This document shows, one piece after another, positions 1 to 12,925 of a DNA stretch of 64,000 nt (position 1 is its first letter; each line of letters starts with the position of its first letter). The notes below the pieces were generated by a model, which had not been told where the DNA came from, did no database searches, and saw only the letters and a list, made by a program, of their open reading frames with translations. Both the position numbers and the translations under genes were made by a program. The DNA is from Octopus bimaculoides (lineage: Eukaryota): the NCBI RefSeq assembly GCF_001194135.2, contig NC_068981.1, forward strand, positions 40,016,845 through 40,080,844, given 5' to 3'.

Positions 1-4
1 AACT

Positions 5-80
<76 letters not shown>

Positions 81-250
81 GTGTGTGTGTATAAATTAAA
101 AAGGATGGCTTGCTAGCAATTAGAACCTAAAGGCAAAATTAATAGAGATCACAAAAGTGCTTTTGCTAAAAATAAGAGTGAAAACAACTCAAAATTCACA
201 AAAGCACTGACTTAATGACTAACAAAGGGAGGTAAATCTCCAGCGTACAT

Positions 251-306
251 AGCCGGATCGCAATTTCAGATTTTGATGTAGACCATCCCAATCGTCATCA
301 GCAACT
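251..306 (-). ncRNA. Type I hammerhead ribozyme motif (PLE-type, dimer-dependent)
   Basis: Minus strand reads AGTTG CTGATGA C GATT GG GATG GTCTA CATC AA AATC T GAAA TTGCGAT C CGGCT. It has the core CUGAUGA and GAAA, stem I AGUUG/CGGCU (two G.U), stem II GAUU/AAUC plus GAUG/CAUC, quasi-palindromic stem III AUUGCGAU and an AUC cleavage triplet. Confidence 0.75.
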
Positions 307-894
307 CTTAACGCCTAGGTTTAAACTCAACGACCATTGTCAGTCTTATAAAAAAACCCATTGAAAACCTAAAACAGTAAAAGTGTAAATAACAGCCACC
401 CTTTTTAATTACCATTTTGAAAATCTACCCCAGGACACACATATGCACATATATATCTCCTTTCTTAATCATAAATATAACTTAGCTCAGATAGATACTT
501 TGTACAGAACACATATACACACGCACATATACACACATGTGCTATATCTTTCCCCCTCTATACATACGGTATATCCCTTTCCCCTACTACACACACACAT
601 CTTTCCTCCTCTCTCTCTCTCTCTCTCTCCCTATATATATATACTTGGGTATATCATCTCCATCACATACATATATACATCCATTTACACATCACAGAAT
701 ACTTATATACATAGGCTGTATTTTTTTCCTATTTTTCAATCTACACCCACACACTATATATATATATATATATATATATAATACACACACACACAANNNN
801 NNNNNNNNNNNNNNNNNNNNNNNNNNNNNNNNNNNNNNNNNNNNNNNNNNNNNNNNNNNNNNNNNNNNNNNNNNNNNNNNNNNNNNNNNNNNNN

Positions 895-932
<38 letters not shown>

Positions 933-1149
933 GTGTGTTTGGAGGGATATATCATCTGGGCAGATACCATGGTGTCTATCACAAGTTTCCACGTTTTCCA
1001 TATCATCCTAATTATCATTTATGTAACGCACACTGTATTTCCTAACCATATACACATACACACACATGCACATGCTCTTCTATATCTGCCAAACATACAT
1101 TCTGAAAACTTTTTCCTTAATCTCAAAATCTTAAACATATTATATCTCT

Positions 1150-1191
<42 letters not shown>

Positions 1192-1519
1192 NNNNNNNNN
1201 NACACACACACACACACACACACATACACACACATACACACACACATACACTTGCATCCATCCTATCCTATCACCCAATTTACTCATACATGCTCTATAA
1301 ATTTCTTTTCATACCAACAAAACATGAGAAGCAACTTCTATGCGGTCACTCAACTTTATACAAAAAAAAAATAGTTCAATCTTCTCAAAAGATACATTGA
1401 CTAATGTAATCCTAGATATACTATAATGTGAAGGTGCATGGTTCAGTGGGTAGAGCATTGGGTTCACAATCATGGGGTAGTGAATTCATTTCCCGGTTGG
1501 TGTCTTTCTCAACCATGCC

Positions 1520-1745
1520 CCAAATATAGGATTACAATTGGGAGAATTAGAGGCCAGGAATTGGGGCAGTTGAAGTGGTAGAAATACTACAGCAACCACT
1601 TCTGACTCTTTCTAGAAGTATTGCAAGGAACTGAGTCTCAATGCCACACATATGGCCTTCCAGCAGCAACCTTCTCCAGCCATTGTTTGACTACAGTCTC
1701 CAGCAACTTCACATAGCCATCTGAAATGAGCCTAAGGTCCTGTTC
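1520..1745 (-). mobile_element. Tc1/mariner (maT-like) transposase catalytic-domain fragment, pseudogenised
   Basis: Minus translation DLRLISDGYVKLLETVVKQWLEKVAAGRPYVWH*DSVPCNTSRKSQKW resembles the mariner/maT region Y...L...V.PW......RPYVWQQDSAPCHT. Contains in-frame stops. Confidence 0.6.
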
Positions 1746-2039
1746 AAAGAATGTGGGAATGAATTCTGGCAAGTTGATGCAGTCAGAACATCTACTGTGT
1801 CCTTTCCTGCTGGCCATAGCTTCGCAGTCACTGTTACAGCTGTCCATCTCACATCTTACAACCTTTACAGTGTTCACAGACCATTGAGCAGTAGTCATGA
1901 TGTTGGCACAAACCATTATGATACAGGTAATTCTTTTCCAGGTAATTCTTTTTCAGATGGCTTCCAATTCTCCATGTCAGCTAACTTTTCTTCAACAACT
2001 TTCATCTTTATGCTCTCTAACGTTGTTGACTGTTTATTG

Positions 2040-2320
2040 ATACCAGCGTCGCCTTCCTGGCACTTGTGCCGGTGGCACATGAAAAGGCATTCGAGTGAGG
2101 TCGTTGCCAGTGCCGCCAGACTGGCCTTCATGCCGGTGGCACGTAAAAGCACCCACTACACTCTCGGAATGGTTGGCATAGGAAGGGCATCCAGCTGTAG
2201 AAACTCTGCCAAATCAGATTGGAGCCTGGTGTAGCCATCTGGTTCACCAGTCCTCAGTCAAATCATCCAACCCATGCTAGCATGGAAAGTGGACGTTAAA
2301 CGATGATGATGATGATGATC
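2040..2320 (+). mobile_element. SINE family B, 3' half (tail ...GGAAGGGCATCCAGCTGTAGAAAC...GGACGTTAAACGATGATG)
   Basis: Same tail recurs at 4615, 4784(-), 6258, 12770(-) and 13170. Ends in (GAT)n. Confidence 0.8.
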
Positions 2321-2659
2321 AAGATGTTCCTGAAAAAAGAGACATGAAAAAATATCCACCTTGTTTGTCTGAAGAAAATAAAATCAGCCATGATGGTTAT
2401 GGAAGGAATGTCTTTAATCTTTGGTCTTCTCTGATTAGATCTGACCTGAGGCTAAAGAACAGTACTATGGATCCCTATTCCCTCCCAAAACTCCACTCAT
2501 ATTAAACACCCCTCTCCTCTACCTTACACATGTACCTACATTTCATTTGAGTGTAGACAGACAGATGGGCAGACAGATGGATGGCTAGCCAAATAAATAT
2601 ATGGATAGCTGAATAGATGGATGGATAGATGAAGACAGATAAGTAAATAGTTAGACAGA

Positions 2660-2664
2660 CAAGC

Positions 2665-2729
<65 letters not shown>

Positions 2730-2735
2730 GATATG
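2660..2735. repeat. (TAGA)n microsatellite
   Basis: Direct reading. A longer (TAGA)/(CAGA) array lies at 9930-10133. Confidence 0.95.
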
Positions 2736-3229
2736 GTAGGGGTGTACATCCTCTTCCCCCACAACAAACTACATAAAACCCTTTACATCCAACACCCACA
2801 CATATACACCCACACATACACACCCACACATACATACACACACATACACACCCACACATACACACCCACACATACACACCTCCACATACACACCCACACA
2901 TTCACACACCACAAACTTTCATTCTCTTCCCCATTTCTCAGTAAGCCCCATATGTCAGTTAGTCCCCTAAAAAGATTATATGCAGTATGTAGATCATAGA
3001 AGGCATGACATTTCATCACCACTACCACCACCACCACCACCGTCGCCACCACCACCACCACTATTCCATTTTAGGGAGCTGAACAGAACCCTAGTTTACT
3101 TGATTATTCAGGACACAGCTGCTGATCCTATTAAGGGCTGGCTTGGGGCTAGAGGACAGCAACAACAAAACCAAAAACAATCACACAGGTTTTATACACA
3201 ACCCCCTTAGCTATGTTATAGGTTTCTAT

Positions 3230-3260
<31 letters not shown>

Positions 3261-3378
3261 ACACACACACATACATACACATACACGCAATGTTATTATA
3301 AATAGACATTCACATCACACATACACTCACACACACAAGGTCTCTTTCTCTTTCCATGAGTGTGTGTGTGTGTACACA

Positions 3379-3594
3379 TGAGGGGTTGTTGAAAAGTTCT
3401 AACTTTAAAGGTATCCCGAAAGGCCTGGCTGGAGGCCCAACTTTTCAAATTCTTTTACAGAGCTTAGAAAAACTGAAGGACTGCTGCAATAATTGTGTGA
3501 ATCTGAGAGTGGAATGTGTTGAATGAAATCATAATTAACTGATCCTCCTATATTTTAATTTTCCTGAAACCAGGAACTTTTCACCATCTTCTCA
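3379..3594. mobile_element. Mariner-derived MITE (~216 bp), copy 1
   Basis: Terminal inverted repeats TGAGGGGTTGTTGAAAAGTT...AACTTTTCACCATCTTCTCA followed by TA. Collinear with the copy at 46296-46511. Confidence 0.8.
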
Positions 3595-3600
3595 TATACA

Positions 3601-3636
<36 letters not shown>

Positions 3637-4049
3637 CATATATATATATATANNNNNNNNNNNNNNNNNNNNNNNNNNNNNNNNNNNNNNNNNNNNNNNN
3701 NNNNNNNNNNNNNNNNNNNNNNNNNNNNNNNNNNNNNNNNNNNNNNNNNNNNNNNNNNNNNNNNNNNNNNNNNNNNNNNNNNNNNNNNNNNNNNNNNNNN
3801 NNNNNNNNNNNNNNNNNNNNNNNNNNNNNNNNNNNNNNNNNNNNNNNNNNNNNNNNNNNNNNNNNNNTATGTATATATATATATATGTATGTATGTATGT
3901 ATGTATATGTAAATATATATATATATATTGTGATGTAATGTTGCTATGTGTCCTGAGTTCGATAGCACGGGGGCCAAGTCTTGGATGGATTTTATAATTA
4001 ACATCATTTGTGCAATATTGATGGAATATTTTCCACATCACACAAATGA

Positions 4050-4610
4050 TGTAGCATTCCCAGCAGCATTAGAGAGAGAGTAGAGATTGAGTTTTTTTAG
4101 TTGACCTCAATGGTCAATGCCTCTCATGCCGTCTGTCTTTCTCGTAATTGACCTCTGGAGTGTTTTCAACTTTCATAATCAGTTGCTTCGTATGGAGAGA
4201 CCACAGTGGGCAACAGCATTCAAGGTGGAGTCGGGCAAAAGTAGAGTAGAGAAAGATGATGGTGGAGGCATCTCTAGACCAGAAAGTTCTCAGAGTTCAG
4301 GAGCATATCTTGCGGGCCAAGTCAACCTTGCTGTTTATATGGGAACTCCAGCTTAGATTGTTATCAACAATTAATTACTCCAAGGTCTCTGGTGTTGTTG
4401 GATGACGCTAGAGAGTCGCCCAAGGGAAGATCATTTGGTAATTTCAGAGTATCCACTTTTCCAAAGTGGATCAAATCAAACTTATCTTCATTTAGAAGCA
4501 TGTTGTTTTTTTCCTCCCATTGGACAACAACAAACAGATCTAGCTGAAGGCATGTTCGGTCTCCCATACCGTTTATGGCTTTCCGGAGTTTGGAATCATA
4601 TGCAAAGATT
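4050..4610 (-). mobile_element. CR1/L2-clade LINE, RT C-terminal fragment
   Basis: Minus translation FAYDSKL...LQLDL..V.QWEEKNNMLLNEDKF..IHFGK...DLGV..DNNLSWSSHI...LYSTFARLHLECCCPLWS, typical of the CR1 post-YADD region. Contains stops and frameshifts. Confidence 0.8.
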
Positions 4611-4614
4611 TTCG

Positions 4615-4772
4615 GAGTGGTTGGCGTTAGGAAGGGCATCCAGCTGTAGAAAGTCTGCCAAATCAGATTGGAGCCTGGTGCAGCCATCTGGTTCACCAGT
4701 CCTCAGTCAAATCGTCCAACCCATGCTAGCATGGAAAGCGGACGTTAAACGATGATGATGATGATGATGATG
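4615..4772 (+). mobile_element. SINE family B tail
   Basis: Matches 2040-2320 and 6258-6553. Confidence 0.85.
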
Positions 4773-4783
4773 ATATATATATA

Positions 4784-4899
4784 TAGCATGGGTTGGACGA
4801 TTTGACTGAGGACTGGTGAAACCGGATGGCAACACCAGGCTCCAATCTAAATTTGGCAGAGTTTCTACAGCTGGATGCCCTTCCTAACGCCAACCACTC
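4784..4899 (-). mobile_element. SINE family B tail, inverted relative to 4615-4772
   Basis: Reverse complement of 4615-4728. Confidence 0.85.
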
Positions 4900-5873
4900 A
4901 TATATACATATATATATATATATATATACACTCATATATATATATATATACACACACATACACATACATACACATAGACATACATGTATGTATGTATGTA
5001 TATATAGGTGTGTGTGTGTGTGCGCATGTGCGTGTGCGTGTGTGGGGGGTGTATAAAGCTTTTGCAAAAAATTCTTGATACAGTCACAAAATTTGAAGGA
5101 AAAATGTTCTTAGAAATTATTACGCACACACACACAAGCACATATTTAGGGAGCTGTGGAGACCCCTAATGTACCTAATAGCATTTCAGAACACATCTGC
5201 TAACCCCCTAAAGGGCTCTGCTGCAACACCTCCAACCCAATTCCCTGCTGCAGCCCCTATTTCTTGACTTAAGTCAGGTGAGAGAACATATGCTGTTGTC
5301 ATAGTAACCTAACCCCCTGTTCACTTTCTTCCCCTTCCCATCAGGTGATATGTTGTCTTTTTAATAATTATTTTACTTGTTTCAGTCATTGGACTGTGGC
5401 TATGCTGGAGCATCAGATTAAAGGGTTTAGTTGAACAAATTGACTCCAGGACTGATACTTATTATATCAGTACCTCTTTTGTTGAACTGCAAGGTTACAA
5501 GGATATAAACAAACTATCACCACTTGTCAAGCAGTAGATGGGGTCAAACATAGAGACAAAGACACACATAAACATATATACGTACATGTAGATATATGTT
5601 TATCTTCTATCCATCTATCTACGACCAATATTTCTTTTGCATATATATATATATATATATGTAGATGTGTGTGTGTGTGTGTATAATACAAATAATAAAT
5701 GAGTATATGCATATATACGTACATGTATGTACATACCTACATCTACCTGTATATATAGATGCATATCTGGGTACATGACGTTGCAAACAAAACGTAGACA
5801 AAATGATAAACAGAGTACAGAAAACACACAGGCCACATAGAGAACATTTCCTTCATCAGCTGCCACCATTCTA

Positions 5874-5921
5874 ACACTGGCGTTTCGAATATAATGTCAA
5901 TGTGAATACCCGTCAGAGTGT
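5874..5921 (-). ncRNA. Degenerate type I hammerhead motif
   Basis: Minus strand reads ACACT CTGACGG GTAT...ATTC GAAAC GCC AGTGT. Stem I ACACU/AGUGU is intact, but A9 and U16.1 are substituted and stem II has a mismatch. Confidence 0.45.
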
Positions 5922-6257
5922 AAGTATCTTGAGAGAAAAGCTGNNNNNNNNNNNNNNNNNNNNNNNNNNNNNNNNNNNNNNNNNNNNNNNNNNNNNNNNN
6001 NNNNNNNNNNNNNNNNNNNNNNNNNNNNNNNNNNNNNNNNNNNNNNNNNNNNNNNNNNNNNNNNNNNNNNNNNNNNNNNNNNNNNNNNNNNNNNNNNNNN
6101 NNNNNNNNNNNNNNNNNNNNNNNNNNNNNNNNNNNNNNNNNNNNNNNNNNNNNNNNNNNNNNNNNNNNNNNNNNNNNNNNNNNNNNNNNNNNNNNNNNNN
6201 NNNNNNNNNNNNNNNNNNNNNNNNNNNNNNNNNNNNNNNNNNNNNNNNNNNNNNNCC

Positions 6258-6553
6258 GTAGGATTTTCGAGCGAGATCGTTGCCAGTGCCCCTGGACTGG
6301 CTTGTGCGGGTGGCACATAAAAGACACCATTTCGAGTGTGGCCGTTGCCAGTATCGCCTGACTGGCCTTCGTGCAGGTGACACGTAAAAGCACCTACTAC
6401 ACTCTCTGAGTGGTTGGCGTTAGGAAGGGCATCCAGCTGTAGAAACTCTGCCAAATTTAGATTAGAGCCTGGTGTTGCCATCCGGTTTCACCAGTCCTCA
6501 GTCAAGTCGTCCAACCCATGCTAGCATGGAAAGCGGACGTTAAACGATGATGA
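6258..6553 (+). mobile_element. SINE family B, 3' half
   Basis: Collinear with 2040-2320. The 5' end is lost in an N gap. Confidence 0.85.
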
Positions 6554-7899
6554 TATATATATATACATATATATATACACACATATATATATTCATATCG
6601 TTTTTAGAAAACAAATCCGGAGAAGAAGCACCCTCTAAGCAATAGAGTAAACCCCACAAACCGGCCTTCTCCAGTCAAAAATATATTTATTCATACATGA
6701 AAAACAGACATTAAAGTATGATGAAATGTTTGTGTGTGTGTGTGTGTGTGTAAACATGTACACACACTCACATATACTGTATATATACAACAGGCTTCCA
6801 CAACGTTTCCATTTACCAATTCATTCACAAGGCATTGGCCAGCCCAGGCTATACCAGAAGACACTTGTCTGAGTATGTGTACACATTCTTTTGTTGTTGT
6901 TTAGCCCGAGTCAACCCAGTTTGAGCAGTCTTATGATCAAAGGTGTGCGGACCATAACCATCTTGTCTTTTTAAATGTATGTCTGGGACTAGATGTGCCC
7001 TTTCCTTGCTCAAGACAGCAAGGTCTGATTTGAGGGAGATTTGACATCTATTTCTAGCAAGATGACCAACTGCATACAGGAACCTTTTTTCAACATCCTC
7101 ATCATTGTTACTGTTGTTGTTTAGTTCCAGGTCAGTCCTAACTGAGCAGACCTATGATCTGGTCGAAGGCATTCCAACCATAACCACCCTGTCTCTTCAA
7201 AAGTAGGCCTAAGCTTATTTTGTTCTGACTGCTTTTTCTTTTCCCAAGAAAGTAGGATGTGTGATATGAAGGGGATTTGGCTGTTATTTCTACTAAATCA
7301 ACTGGTCATATATAAGCTCTTTCACTGGCAATTGTAGTGGTGGTGGTGGTGGTGGTGGTGGTGGCATTGGCTGCGGCGGCGGTGGTGGTGGTGGTGGTGG
7401 TGGTGTCACTGTTGTTTGATACTCTCCCCACCACCGTTATTCTCACCTACTCCCACCCCTTTTCATTCAGTTACAACCTATCCACAATCTCACAGTCTCC
7501 CCCATCACTGCAGATGCCTGTCTCCTCCCCCTCCTCCTTATTCCCCACCATCACCATCCTCCCCTCTCCCATGTGTCCTTAGGTTTATATTTAAACCTAA
7601 GAAGCAAGTTATGTCATTAAGGTGGAGTGGTGAGCTGGCAGAGTCAGTAGAGCATCAGATAGAGAGGTCCTGAGCTCAAATCCTGATGAGGTCAGCTGTG
7701 TTCTTCATCCTCTTGATGTCAGACAAGCAGCGACACATTTTCTGGCTCCAGTGCTGCAGCATTGGCTAGGCTGCAAACCTGGGTGTGTCTGCCTGTAATG
7801 CAGAGGAGCAAAAAAATCAATAAGTACAGAGGCCTGGTCAGCTGCTATCAGTTTGTGTTGGTTACCATTGACACGTCAGGTGTTCTAGAAACCTCATAT

Positions 7900-8330
7900 T
7901 ACTGATTTCCTCCACAGAATAGGGATAATGACAGCCTGTCAGAGAAACGATTAGACTTGGAAAGTTTGAGGAACCTATTGACCCAATTTGATGACTTTTC
8001 TGAAGTCATGCAGGTGTCGTTGAATAGTTGAATGACCAAATCCAAGCTTCTCTGCTAGTTCCTCAACAGTTATGATGAGATTTTGTTCCACCAGGGTTTG
8101 CAGGATGTCTTCCAAGACAAGGCTCATCTTCTAGGCTGTAGTTTCCAGCTCAGAATTTTTGGACCCACTGTTGACACTGGCTTATACTTATTGTCCAATC
8201 CCCATATAATGCATTAATATTCCTAGCACTTTCCATTGCATTGTTGCCTTCATTGAACTCATGAAGCAAAATATGCCGAATATGCTCTGCTAAAATTGAA
8301 CTGCATTCTTCAAAACTTACACTAAGAATA
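7900..8330 (-). mobile_element. Mariner (Mos1-like) transposase N-terminal fragment
   Basis: Minus translation EHIRHILLHEFNEGNNAMESARNINALYGD..ISISQCQQWVQKF*AGNYSLEDEP..GR, the mariner HTH region. Confidence 0.75.
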
Positions 8331-9962
8331 AGGACAAGGTAAAATTACTACCTGCTTTTATAGCAAATTGATGCAAGTGGTTCATCCCATCCCCCTCTGA
8401 CTTTTAGTTCATGCAATTAAAAAAGCACTTTATGGGATAATCCAATATATTCACATTGTTTTGAATTAATCACACATTATCTTGTAGCTTGAAGATTTCA
8501 ATGGTGTGTTTGTATATTTTTAGAATGGCATTGTAGGGTAGGTGTGAGAGGTTGGAAAACAAGCAGAATATTTGGGCCAGATATGATCTGGATTAAATGG
8601 TAAAGCATTTTCTTTTCAGACCATAAACGTTGAAACTCTCTGATCCTGAGTTCATCAATAATAAAAGCAAAATTGTACATTCATAGGATATTCTGCTGGC
8701 TCACAGCCAAAGAGACGAATGCATGTAGCCTGGTGGTTAGAATGTTGGCTTCAGGATCATAAGGTTGTAGATTTGATCTCTGGACCAAGCATTGCATTGT
8801 GACATTGAGTAAGGCACTTCATTTCACATTGCTCCAGTTGGCTCAGCTAAAGGTGAGTACCAACTGACAACTGGTGCAGCCATGTTCCCTTTAGATGCCA
8901 CAACCTGAATATTCCACTGGGCCAAAGAAGTGACAGGGCCAAGAGGATGTCTGTGTCCGTTCACCACAACATAAGCACCTAAAACAACTAGTAAACAGAT
9001 GGTACTAGCTGCTGGGTGATACATGCTTCAAAATAATGACTAAACTTTAACTCTTCAGCGTTCAAATTACCCTGTCAAATGTAATGCTTCGTTAGTCACA
9101 TTATTTTAAATTAACCTATATGACAGTGGTTAAGTAGCATAATAAAACATTAATCAAACTTTCTGGAACACACCTCATATATATATATAGCAGTTACCAT
9201 TTTTTCCATACCTACCATCACTGATGGTAGGCTGTAATGGATCTATAATACTGTATACTTTGATTAAAATGTGTGTGTGTGTGTGTGTTTATGATTGTGG
9301 TAATTGTGTGTGTGATATAGGCCACAGTCATTTCTGCTATAAGCTATAGCCTAGTGTCACATATGTAGTAGACAAGTCTTTTAAAAACTTAAGAGTGTTG
9401 CAATTTAAGAACGTGTCTACGGATGACAGGGTATATTTACAGGAGAGAGTGTATAGATAGAAGGGGGAGTCCAGATGTATATAAGGCATGAAAGAGACAG
9501 CCTTATATAGTTATTTTATTGTGCACATCTAACTGTGGGTTGGTATACTGACATATATGTATGTAATATATATGTCTATAATAGAATTTGGAATGTATGT
9601 ATATATACTTGTGTGTGCGTGTGTGTGTGTGTGTGTGCTTCTATTACATTTATAAAAATAATCTTTATGGTTATGCATGTATATCTATGTCTAAATGTAT
9701 GCATATAAGCAAACACACACACACATACTTACATGCAAACACACATACACACATATATGAGAGACAGAGAGAGAAAGATACGCACATGTGCATATATGTG
9801 TGTATGCGTATGTATTAATGACTTTGGGTGCATATGTATGTATGCACATGCATGTGTGGGTGTGTCTCTTCTCTGTACATAGATGAGAATATATATGTGC
9901 CAAAATATGAGATTATATGCATGTGTGTGTGGATAGATAGATAGATAGATAGACAGATAGAC

Positions 9963-10013
<51 letters not shown>

Positions 10014-10014
10014 C

Positions 10015-10062
<48 letters not shown>

Positions 10063-10779
10063 TTAAATAGATGGATAGATAAACAGACAGACAGACAGAC
10101 AGACAGACAGCCAGCCAGACAGACAGACAGACANNNNNNNNNNNNNNNNNNNNNNNNNNNNNNNNNNNNNNNNNNNNNNNNNNNNNNNNNNNNNNNNNNN
10201 NNNNNNNNNNNNNNNNNNNNNNNNNNNNNNNNNNNNNNNNNNNNNNNNNNNNNNNNNNNNNNNNNNNNNNNNNNNNNNNNNNNNNNNNNNNNNNNNNNNN
10301 NNNNNNNNNNNNNNNNNNNNNNNNNNNNNNNNNNNNNNNNNNNNNNNNNNNNNNNNNNNNNNNNNNNNNNNNNNNNNNNNNNNNNNNNNNNNNNNNNNNN
10401 NNNNNNNNNNNNNNNNNNNNNNNNNNNNNNNNNNNNNNNNNNNNNNNNNNNNNNNNNNNNNNNNNNNNNNNNNNNNNNNNNNNNNNNNNNNNNNNNNNNN
10501 NNNNNNNNNNNNNNNNNNNNNNNNNNNNNNNNNNNNNNNNNNNNNNNNNNNNNNNNNNNNNNNNNNNNNNNNNNNNNNNNNNNNNNNNNNNNNNNNNNNN
10601 NNNNNNNNNNNNNNNNNNNNNNNNNNNNNNNNNNNNNNNNNNNNNNNNNNNNNNNNNNNNNNNNNNNNNNNNNNNNNNNNNNNNNNNNNNNNNNNNNNNN
10701 NNNNNNNNNNNNNNNNNNNNNNNNNNNNNNNNNNNNNNNNNNNNNNNNNNNNNNNNNNNNNNNNNNNNNNNNNNNNNNN

Positions 10780-10858
<79 letters not shown>

Positions 10859-11367
10859 ACATATATGTATATATAAATATGTGTATGTACATGTGCATAT
10901 AACCATGATATATTTATTTATGTGTGTACATGTGTGTATGTATATATATGTATTTGTGTATATAAATATAATTATATAGACAGACACACACGCATACACA
11001 TATATGCATATGTATGTATGTATGTGTGTATGTATGTATGTATGTATAAGTAATTTGATACAAGCACAATCAGCCTACTTCTCCTCAGACTAGCATCAAC
11101 AGTGAATGTTCTTTCGCCTGATTCCTGCTAGCATCTTTAAATCTTTTTTGCAAGGCAAGCCTAATGATGGTTCTTCTGTCTATAGACACTGAAGAAGGTG
11201 GCAGAACTATTTTTAAGAATCACAGAAAATAAAAGCAGAAGAAAAACGAGAGTATAAGGGTAATCTTGTTTAAAATGTCTGTAAGTGAAACTAAATAAAA
11301 ACAAGAAAAAACTGAAAATGTGGAAAAAAAAACATCTGAAACTTAACAGATATAGCTTGGAAATTAT

Positions 11368-11423
<56 letters not shown>

Positions 11424-12035
11424 NNNNNNNNNNNNNNNNNNNNNNNNNNNNNNNNNNNNNNNNNNNNNNNNNNNNNNNNNNNNNNNNNNNNNNNNNNNNN
11501 NNNNNNNNNNNNNNNNNNNNNNNNNNNNNNNNNNNNNNNNNNNNNNNNNNNNNNNNNNNNNNNNNNNNNNNNNNNNNNNNNNNNNNNNNNNNNNNNNNNN
11601 NNNNNNNNNNNNNNNNNNNNNNNNNNNNNNNNNNNNNNNNNNNNNNNNNNNNNNNNNNNNNNNNNNNNNNNNNNNNNNNNNNNNNNNNNNNNNNNNNNNN
11701 NNNNNNNNNNNNNNNNNNNNNNNNNNNNNNNNNNNNNNNNNNNNNNNNNNNNNNNNNNNNNNNNNNNNNNNNNNNNNNNNNNNNNNNNNNNNNNNNNNNN
11801 NNNNNNNNNNNNNNNNNNNTATATATATATATATTGGTAGGTCCAGAGTAATCCATAAGTAGGAGAGGTGCAGCCAGAGTGTAGAAAGATAGAAAGTTAG
11901 TGGGTGCTGAGAGGAGATAGGAAGAGCATAGGCTCGAAACATTAAAGACTTTTTCACTTCCCGAGCGTTAAACTAATACATCTATTTGTTTTCTACACCA
12001 CCTGTCTTCGTCTGTTGTTTTTTTGTGAATTCTCC

Positions 12036-12080
<45 letters not shown>

Positions 12081-12082
<2 letters not shown>

Positions 12083-12730
12083 AGGTCTGATCAATAAGTA
12101 TCTGAAATGTTGCCATAGTAACGAAGCTAAAGTATGCAGAGTGAAGCCACTTGGCAAGGATTGACCTTCAGCTCTACTGTGCATGTGCATTGAGTTTTAA
12201 CATTCTAGCTCACTTCCACTGTATACAGCAGTTCTTGGATGGAACTTGTGTAGCATGTGATCGTCACATTGACCATGACAAAGATAGTTGTCATGGCGAT
12301 ACCTGCTCAGAGGCCTACACAAAGTTGCAGAAAGTATATGGAGAGGAGTGTATAAGCCACTCTCAAGTGTACGAGTGGTTCAGACGTTTCCAAGATAGCT
12401 GAAAAAATGCCAATATTGGCGAACGTTCTGGGAGACCTGCAACCAACAGAATTGAGAAAAACATTGCAGATGTGCATGCAGCTGTGAGGGGAAATTGTCA
12501 AATCATCATCCGTGAGTTATCAGAGGATGTGCTGATTAGTTACTGTTCAGTTCAGTCCATTATCACTGAAGATTTGGATATGAGACACATGTCTGTCAAG
12601 TTTGTGCCAAAACTGCTTTCAGCTGACCAGAAAGACACCCGGGTTTCAGTTGCATAAGATTTCTTTGATTGTATCAAGAACGATGAAAGCTTTTTGAAAA
12701 CTTTGCATAGGCCTCTAAATAGGTATCACT
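12081..12730 (+). mobile_element. Mariner-derived non-autonomous element, left TIR plus transposase 5' fragment
   Basis: Starts TA|TGAGGTCTGATCAATAAGTA. Translation SEAYTKLQKVYGEECISHSQVYEWFRRFQD...IIIRELSEDV.ISYCSVQSIITEDLDMRHMSVKFVPKLLSADQK, with WVPHEL-equivalent FVPKLL. Same family as 52545-54316. Confidence 0.85.
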
Positions 12731-12769
12731 TAGCTTTTGACAATATCAGCTCTTTTTTAATTCTTATCA

Positions 12770-12925
12770 TCATCATTTAACATCTGCTTTCCATGCTGGC
12801 ATGGGCTGGATAGTTTGACATAGAGCTTGATAGCAGGGAGCTGTCCAGACTCCAGCTGTCTGGTGTGGTATGGTCTCTACAGCTGGATGCCCTTCCTAAT
12901 GCCAGCCATTTAACAGAGTGTGCTG
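12770..12925 (-). mobile_element. SINE family B tail
   Basis: CATCATCATTTAACATCTGCTTTCCATGC...GCTGGATGCCCTTCCTAATGCCAGCC. Confidence 0.75.

Noticed and set aside
1760-2035. Coding-looking minus-strand stretch (ESIKMKVVEEKLADMENWK..., Cys-rich tail)
   Set aside because: Multiple stops, no recognisable domain or splice framework; cannot be assigned without a search.
4807-4830. CTGAGGA-CTGGT-GAAAC-CGG in the SINE family B tail (also reverse at 6483-6500) mimics a hammerhead core
   Set aside because: Only 5 unpairable nt where stem II should be, no NUH triplet and no stem I. Other copies lack one A of GAAA.
11183-11230. CTGAAGAAGGTGG... possible 5' half of a hammerhead
   Set aside because: No complementary strand adjacent to a GAAA and no stem III or triplet.
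443-11957. Many long ORFs in the track (for example 537-1400, 9729-10898, 9815-10999, 11161-11856; similarly 35993-36649)
   Set aside because: They are translations of (TA)n, (CA)n, (TAGA)n microsatellites and N gaps, with no protein signal.
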